36,899 nt of DNA, from the IMG/VR virus record IMGVR_UViG_3300045988_033662, positions 1 through 36,899 of that record; one strand, written 5' to 3'. The first letter of the stretch is position 1; every line of letters starts with the position of its first letter. This document shows positions 32,260 through 36,899 of this stretch, one piece after another. The notes under the pieces are model-generated. The model ran no database searches and had not been told where the DNA came from. It saw nothing but the letters and a program-made list of their open reading frames with translations. Both the position numbers and the translations under genes were made by a program. Origin of the DNA: a virus.

Positions 32260-33957
32260 TTAAATCATCTGGAATGTGAAGTCACCTTCATTCAAGAAAT
32301 AATCCTGTTCTAGAAGGTAAATCGCATTGATAAGTGATACAACCATATCAACCTTGCCGTTGCTCTTTTTCTTGCTAACATACATATTTTTGTTGGTATC
32401 ATAAGCACATTTAGCATTCTGATAATTGATTTCAAGAAGTTTGTTCTCTGTGTATTTGAATTTCTGTTTAAGTATTGCTTCTTTCATCCTCTTTGTCGGA
32501 GAATGCAAGACGCTTGAATACTGCTTAATCTGAACTGTGTTATATCCCTCATTTGCGAGTTTCTGCGCTGTGCTTAATGCATTCCATCTATCGTATCCAA
32601 TCGCCTGTATTTGTACGTTATAACGGCTCTCAAGGCTCAAAATGAACTGCTCAACAAATGCATATGAGATAACTCTGTCACCACACGCAATCACCTTTCC
32701 ACTCTTCAATAGTTCTTGATAGTTCACACGTTCTGATATTGTTTTCTCTGTGATTCTGTCTGATGGAATGAACGCAAAACTTTCTGCAAGAATGTTATCA
32801 TCATCATCTACAGAAACCATGGCAACAGATGTATTATCGTTTGATTCTGAAAGGTCAACACCTAAATATACGACTCTGCCGTTCCAGTCAATGTCTGCAA
32901 CCTTGCACGCCTGAACATCCTTAACATCAATAAACGTTTCAGTTCCTTGTCCTTGATAAATGATATTGCAGTGCTTTGTGACGAAGTTCTCTCGCTCGTT
33001 CTCAATAGCAATGGCTCTGGCTCTTTTCTTTACAAGATCATCCCAAATTTCAGGGATTTCCAATGATGCAGGATTCGCCTGCTTCAAAACAAGATTGTCT
33101 GTTTCCCAGTCTGATGTTTTGTCTGGCTCATATAGAAGTGCAAAAATAGTATCGTCTTTCTCGATGCCGTCAAGAACCTTCTTGGCATATGCAACCTCGT
33201 CCTCGAAAGGATTGTCGATTGTCGGATATTTTGTACTGATAATGAACCCTAGTTTGTTGACAACGTTAAGCTGTCCTGATCGCATCGCTTCGACAGGATA
33301 ACCGTTTGGCAATGCTCCAACTTCATCTGCGATAAATGCATTCGGCATACGTCCGTCCATACGGTTGTTACTGTATGCAAGCGGTATAAGCATGTTTTCA
33401 TTCGGTTTGAATTTGATATAGTCCCTTAACAGTTTAAAACGCTTCGTCCCTTTATATTCATAAATAAGCGGACTGCTTTTTATTGTATCTGAGATTGCCT
33501 CTTTTATCTCTCTCGACAATGCACCATCTGGCGCAACTGAAAAGAACTTTGAGAACTTTGGTTCAGTAAGAAACAAGATAATAAAGATTGTCCCGACCGT
33601 GTACGTTTTAAAATTTTTTCTACAAATTTCCAACAGCCCTGTCTCATATCTGCGCTTTTTCGGCTTGTCACGATATACAGTGCATAGCATGGCTGTATAT
33701 ATCAACCACTGATACCCCGTAGCGCACTTATACATAGACTGTCCTGCTTTCAATCCTTTTGGCATGATAAGCAGTTTCAGAATATTTTCAATCTGCTGAA
33801 CCTTCTTTTCAGATACAAAGTACTTTGCGTTTTTTCCTTCTGCAATCTTCATCCAGTCTCGCATCTGTTTTTTGACGTATCTCGGTGTGGTTTTCTTTCT
33901 AACAGATTTTTTGCAATATTCGTAAGCCTTACTGCTCGTCACCGCCATCATCATCAC
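32260..33957 (-). CDS. terL: Terminase large subunit
   Basis: 565 aa with a Terminase_1-type N-terminal ATPase and C-terminal nuclease region. Overlaps the TerS end. Confidence 0.85.
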   Translation of the reverse strand: MMMMAVTSSKAYEYCKKSVRKKTTPRYVKKQMRDWMKIAEGKNAKYFVSEKKVQQIENILKLLIMPKGLKAGQSMYKCATGYQWLIYTAMLCTVYRDKPKKRRYETGLLEICRKNFKTYTVGTIFIILFLTEPKFSKFFSVAPDGALSREIKEAISDTIKSSPLIYEYKGTKRFKLLRDYIKFKPNENMLIPLAYSNNRMDGRMPNAFIADEVGALPNGYPVEAMRSGQLNVVNKLGFIISTKYPTIDNPFEDEVAYAKKVLDGIEKDDTIFALLYEPDKTSDWETDNLVLKQANPASLEIPEIWDDLVKKRARAIAIENERENFVTKHCNIIYQGQGTETFIDVKDVQACKVADIDWNGRVVYLGVDLSESNDNTSVAMVSVDDDDNILAESFAFIPSDRITEKTISERVNYQELLKSGKVIACGDRVISYAFVEQFILSLESRYNVQIQAIGYDRWNALSTAQKLANEGYNTVQIKQYSSVLHSPTKRMKEAILKQKFKYTENKLLEINYQNAKCAYDTNKNMYVSKKKSNGKVDMVVSLINAIYLLEQDYFLNEGDFTFQMI

Positions 33958-34303
33958 CTCCGTTAATGATATTCATAAGCGTGTCTGCATCCTCGGTTGT
34001 ATCACTTACATTATAATTTTTAATGATCTTCATTAGAGTTGCGACTGTTCTATTTGCACTATCTGTTGTTGCATTATAATCTTTTACTGCTGGACTAGAA
34101 TATAAATTTTTTCTGCCCTTGACATATTCTTTTTCAACTAATATTCCATCCTCTTTTATAGATTTTTCTAATTCAAATAACATAACTAATTGCATTTGGT
34201 ATCTTTTGAAAGTGGTTATAAAAAAGTAATTACTTTGTACTCCACTTTCTTCTGCAATTCTTAAAATTTCTTGTGCTTGTTCGGTTAAAGTCATTTTTGC
34301 CAT
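33929..34303 (-). CDS. terS: Terminase small subunit (P27 family-like)
   Basis: 124 aa, ...FFITTFKRYQMQLVMLFELEKSIKEDGILVEKEYVKGRKNLYSSPAVKDYN... Sits directly upstream of TerL. Confidence 0.7.
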   Translation of the reverse strand: MAKMTLTEQAQEILRIAEESGVQSNYFFITTFKRYQMQLVMLFELEKSIKEDGILVEKEYVKGRKNLYSSPAVKDYNATTDSANRTVATLMKIIKNYNVSDTTEDADTLMNIINGGDDDGGDEQ

Positions 34304-34325
34304 ATTATCACCCCCTATAAATTTT

Positions 34326-34877
34326 TTACTTGAAATTTTTTATTCGATATGATTTGTTATAAGTCTTTTGGTCCTTAATCATCATTTTTAAAAAATCTTC
34401 TCTTGTGAAATCAGATAATCTAAATACTTCTTCTGGCTTCATTCCTAATTCCTTACATATTTCTTTTGTTGATTTTCCTTCATCTAATAATTCTTTTACA
34501 ATTGCTTTCATTGGTTCTAATAAATGAGTTCCCCTTGCTCTATTATGTGTAATAGTTCCATAAACATCTTCTGCATGATCTTTATGGTCTACAATAACAA
34601 CTGGAACTTTATTTTTTAATAATGTTTTTAATGGTTCTCTGCCTGATACAGTCCATCTATGAAAACCATCTATAATTGTATAATCAGGTCTTATAACTAT
34701 TGGCATAGTCCAACCATTTACTAATATAGACTGAACTAATAATTCAAGATTTTGTTCTGATACTTTATTTGGGTTGTAATTATTTGGTTTTAATAAATCT
34801 CTATCAACAAATTTAACATTTTCTAAAGGTTCTAATATATTTTTATTTTCATATTTTTTCATTTCATTTTCTTTCAT
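34326..34877 (-). CDS. IbrB-like ParB/Srx-fold protein
   Basis: LKPNNYNPNKV...IIDGFHRW...THNRARGTH motifs of the IbrB-type ParB-like nuclease domain. ATG 34877 follows GAGGTG; the track start at 34883 is GTG. Confidence 0.6.
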   Translation of the reverse strand: MKENEMKKYENKNILEPLENVKFVDRDLLKPNNYNPNKVSEQNLELLVQSILVNGWTMPIVIRPDYTIIDGFHRWTVSGREPLKTLLKNKVPVVIVDHKDHAEDVYGTITHNRARGTHLLEPMKAIVKELLDEGKSTKEICKELGMKPEEVFRLSDFTREDFLKMMIKDQKTYNKSYRIKNFK

Positions 34878-35967
34878 TTCCACTCACCTCAGATACATAC
34901 ATAAATAACTGCATGTCTAACGCTCTTAATGCTCTTCCTTTGGGGTCTCCACCAATTACTATATTACATAACTCTTTGTAATGTTTTTGATTTAAAAATG
35001 GTCCATATTTAATTAATATTCTATTAATTAGTTTTTTTACATTCTGCATAGGTTTATTATCAAATCTCCATTCTTCTTTTAACATCTCAAAGAATTTATT
35101 CTTATAATCAACTTCTTCATCTTTCTTTGCTTGTTTATTTTTCTTTTGTCTTCTAAATAATTCAGTATCATAATAAAGCATTGCCATATAAGCATTTGGC
35201 TCTCTTTTACAAATCTTATCAAATAGTTCTGGATAGAATTCACACATCTGAGTTAAACTTCTAGCAGTATCTATACTAAAGAATTGGCTTATTCTTAATC
35301 TATTAATTGGAACTCCTACTTGATACATGAATTTATAGGCATCTGGGAATTCTAAGTTATTATCTCTTATATACATCCAGACGTCTTTATCAGTCCAGTC
35401 ATATATAGGAAACATTTTATCTTGTTCTTTTCTTGTTGCTAAATTCATCATTCTTTGAACACTTTCACTTACTCTAACGCCAATTACTGTTACACAATTT
35501 TTATTTTTTTTATCCATGAACCTTTGATAGGTATCATGTCTTTCATCAAGTAATGGGTCATTTGTAATTGCGAATTTTGGTTTTTGTCTTATCCAAACAT
35601 CTTTTTTAGTTTCATCCCAACAAATAAAACTTTCATCATTCGTTAATTGATTAAAGCAATTATAATGCTTTACCTGAATACACCACCAATTAAAAGGTAC
35701 TCCAATACTCAGCCATTGTAATCTCATGCTTTTAACTTGTTTTTCTACACATGGGAATATTGCTTCTTCGTCTATAAAGTCAACTATTAATTTTGATTTG
35801 TCTATTTCTCCACTTTGACACATTTTAAATATTAAATCATTTAAGCAAATGCTATCTTTACCACCGCTTACTGATAATTCAATTCTACTAGCAGTTTTAA
35901 ATATATTTTTTATTCTTATCTTAGCCATAGTTACAACATCAATGTTTGAGTATTGTTTTTTAATCAA
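34864..35967 (-). CDS. IbrA-like PP-loop ATP pyrophosphatase (PAPS-reductase family with DUF3440-like C-terminal region)
   Basis: PP-loop SVSGGKDS near the N-terminus, ...VIGVRVSES... and 367 aa. The start is TTG 35967 (behind GGGGAG) or ATG 35928. Confidence 0.65.
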   Translation of the reverse strand: MIKKQYSNIDVVTMAKIRIKNIFKTASRIELSVSGGKDSICLNDLIFKMCQSGEIDKSKLIVDFIDEEAIFPCVEKQVKSMRLQWLSIGVPFNWWCIQVKHYNCFNQLTNDESFICWDETKKDVWIRQKPKFAITNDPLLDERHDTYQRFMDKKNKNCVTVIGVRVSESVQRMMNLATRKEQDKMFPIYDWTDKDVWMYIRDNNLEFPDAYKFMYQVGVPINRLRISQFFSIDTARSLTQMCEFYPELFDKICKREPNAYMAMLYYDTELFRRQKKNKQAKKDEEVDYKNKFFEMLKEEWRFDNKPMQNVKKLINRILIKYGPFLNQKHYKELCNIVIGGDPKGRALRALDMQLFMYVSEVSGNERK

Positions 35968-36583
35968 GATATATCATCTCCCCACAAGAAGGACATATAA
36001 TATATTTCTTCTCATTTTTTTCTGCACCGACTTTTGTTTCCGTTACCATTGTTACTGGATCATTTTTAATTTCTGGTTCTTTTTTAATTTCTGGTTCTTT
36101 ATAACTTGTTTCTTGTTTTGGCTCTTCTTGAATAAATTTAGTATCTGTTATAGTGCCATAATTTTTTATTGCTTCTTCAACTTGTTCATCCGTTGCAGTC
36201 ATTTGCTCCAAAATAAACTTGTCATAACCAGCGATTTCAAAATCTCCTATTCCAGTTATCTCTTGAATATAATTATTTATTTCATTGTAATCATCTGCAC
36301 CTAAGCCATATATTTTATTATCACTTAAAATTAATTTTTTCTTCTCAATTTCTGATAGTCCTGTTTTTCTATAACATTGAACATCTGTTTTATTCATTTT
36401 TACTAAAGCAAAATATAAACCATTACCAATTAAGATATTATTATCTTCATCAATAACCATTGCTCTTGTCTGCCCAAACTGTTCTACACTTTTAATTAAT
36501 TCATCAATTTGTTTATCATTATGTTTTCTGACATTTTTCTCCAATGGTTTTAAATCACTTAATTTTACTACTTCTAATTTCAT
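35960..36583 (-). CDS. ParB N-terminal-domain protein with C-terminal CxxC zinc-ribbon-like end
   Basis: LKPLEKNVRKHNDKQIDELIKSVEQFGQTRAMVIDEDNNILIGNGLYFAL is ParB/Srx-like. Tandem EPEIK(K/N) repeat from an 18-nt duplication (36064..36097). Ends ...YIICPSCGEMIYLD. Confidence 0.6.
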   Translation of the reverse strand: MKLEVVKLSDLKPLEKNVRKHNDKQIDELIKSVEQFGQTRAMVIDEDNNILIGNGLYFALVKMNKTDVQCYRKTGLSEIEKKKLILSDNKIYGLGADDYNEINNYIQEITGIGDFEIAGYDKFILEQMTATDEQVEEAIKNYGTITDTKFIQEEPKQETSYKEPEIKKEPEIKNDPVTMVTETKVGAEKNEKKYIICPSCGEMIYLD

Positions 36584-36630
36584 CTCATTTTCCTACTTTC
36601 TAAAAATTCTCTAGCACTTGTTAATCTTTA

Positions 36631-36899
36631 TTACAATGCTTTTACTGATACATAACCAAGTATTATTGTTGCTATCATAAAACTTATAACTCCAACAATT
36701 GAATTAATTGTAATTTGTCCTAAAGTTGCAAACAATACCATTAGTCCAAATGTTATTGCTGATACTGGAATTACTATATTTCTTTTTTTCTTTAATGCTA
36801 ATGGTAATAACAAAATACCAACTGCAAATGCAAATCTAATAACTCCAAATGAACTCCATAATTGAAGCATTCCCATTTTAACAAATACTCCAAATGCAA
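36631..36899 (-). CDS. 3' part of the junction-spanning membrane protein (see 1..924)
   Basis: Track ORF 36631..36876 is in frame with 1..924 through the 119-bp overlap. Confidence 0.75.
   Translation of the reverse strand, partial: AFGVFVKMGMLQLWSSFGVIRFAFAVGILLLPLALKKKRNIVIPVSAITFGLMVLFATLGQITINSIVGVISFMIATIILGYVSVKAL
36781..36899. repeat. Terminal direct repeat copy 2
   Basis: Identical to 1..119. Confidence 0.95.

Noticed and set aside
36064-36097. 18-nt tandem duplication in the ParB-like gene
   Set aside because: It is a simple in-frame duplication (EPEIKK/EPEIKN) in a low-complexity linker. Noted in the feature, but not a regulatory or array-type repeat.
34326-36583. The ParB-like genes as a plasmid-type partition system (phage-plasmid)
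   Set aside because: There is no ParA/ParM-type ATPase, no obvious parS repeat array and no plasmid replication gene. One ParB is the IbrB type, paired with a PP-loop enzyme.
1-36899. tRNA, rRNA or CRISPR arrays
   Set aside because: None of the gene-free gaps (925..1340, 4263..4474, 4737..4908, 11890..12098, 17787..17978) shows a cloverleaf with a T-loop consensus or regularly spaced identical repeats. I could not run tRNAscan-SE or a CRISPR finder, so this is a by-eye negative.

Overview
The window looks like one complete, circularly closed temperate siphovirus-type phage genome from a low-GC Gram-positive host. It has about 36,780 unique bp. Bases 1..119 are identical to 36781..36899, and a single minus-strand membrane-protein gene reads straight through that junction.

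Nearly all genes are on the minus strand. In transcription order (descending coordinates):
- A markedly AT-rich cargo island: transporter-like membrane protein, a ParB-like protein with a zinc ribbon, an IbrA-like PP-loop/PAPS-reductase protein, and an IbrB-like ParB protein.
- Packaging and head: TerS (P27-like), TerL, HK97-type portal, ClpP-like prohead protease, major capsid.
- Connector and tail: connector/adaptor proteins, major tail protein, chaperone pair with an A_AAA_AAC -1 slippery site, tape measure, Dit.
- Tail tip: an inserted collagen/collar fibre, Tal, and a DUF859-like distal tail protein.
- A self-contained moron next to a candidate attP.
- Lysogeny module on the plus strand: XRE-type repressor and a large serine integrase, opposite a Cro-like gene.
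- Recombination module: ERF, PD-(D/E)XK nuclease, SSB, NinB-like and DUF1064-like proteins.
- Replication module: replisome organizer and DnaC-like loader.
- A long run of small accessory genes, then dual-start holin, GH25/CW_7/LysM endolysin, HNH endonuclease, and a 416-bp non-coding candidate cos region.

Main observations worth follow-up:
1. The AT-rich IbrA/IbrB-like + extra ParB + transporter island sits between the cos/HNH region and the terminase.
2. Four copies of a ~70-bp promoter cassette each carry the 17-bp palindrome TGTTTC-N5-GAAACA at an invariant position upstream of the -35.
3. A two-gene hydrophobic-peptide cassette is bracketed by two long-range inverted repeats whose mismatches become G.U pairs only in minus-strand RNA.
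4. One gene has a single in-frame TGA at a probable Trp position.
5. One gene is frameshifted.
6. The replication gene has a structured ~170-nt leader with alternative pairings.
7. A 39-nt intercistronic element occurs twice.

I found no tRNA, rRNA or CRISPR array. All calls come from reading the sequence and ORF track by eye; no searches were run.
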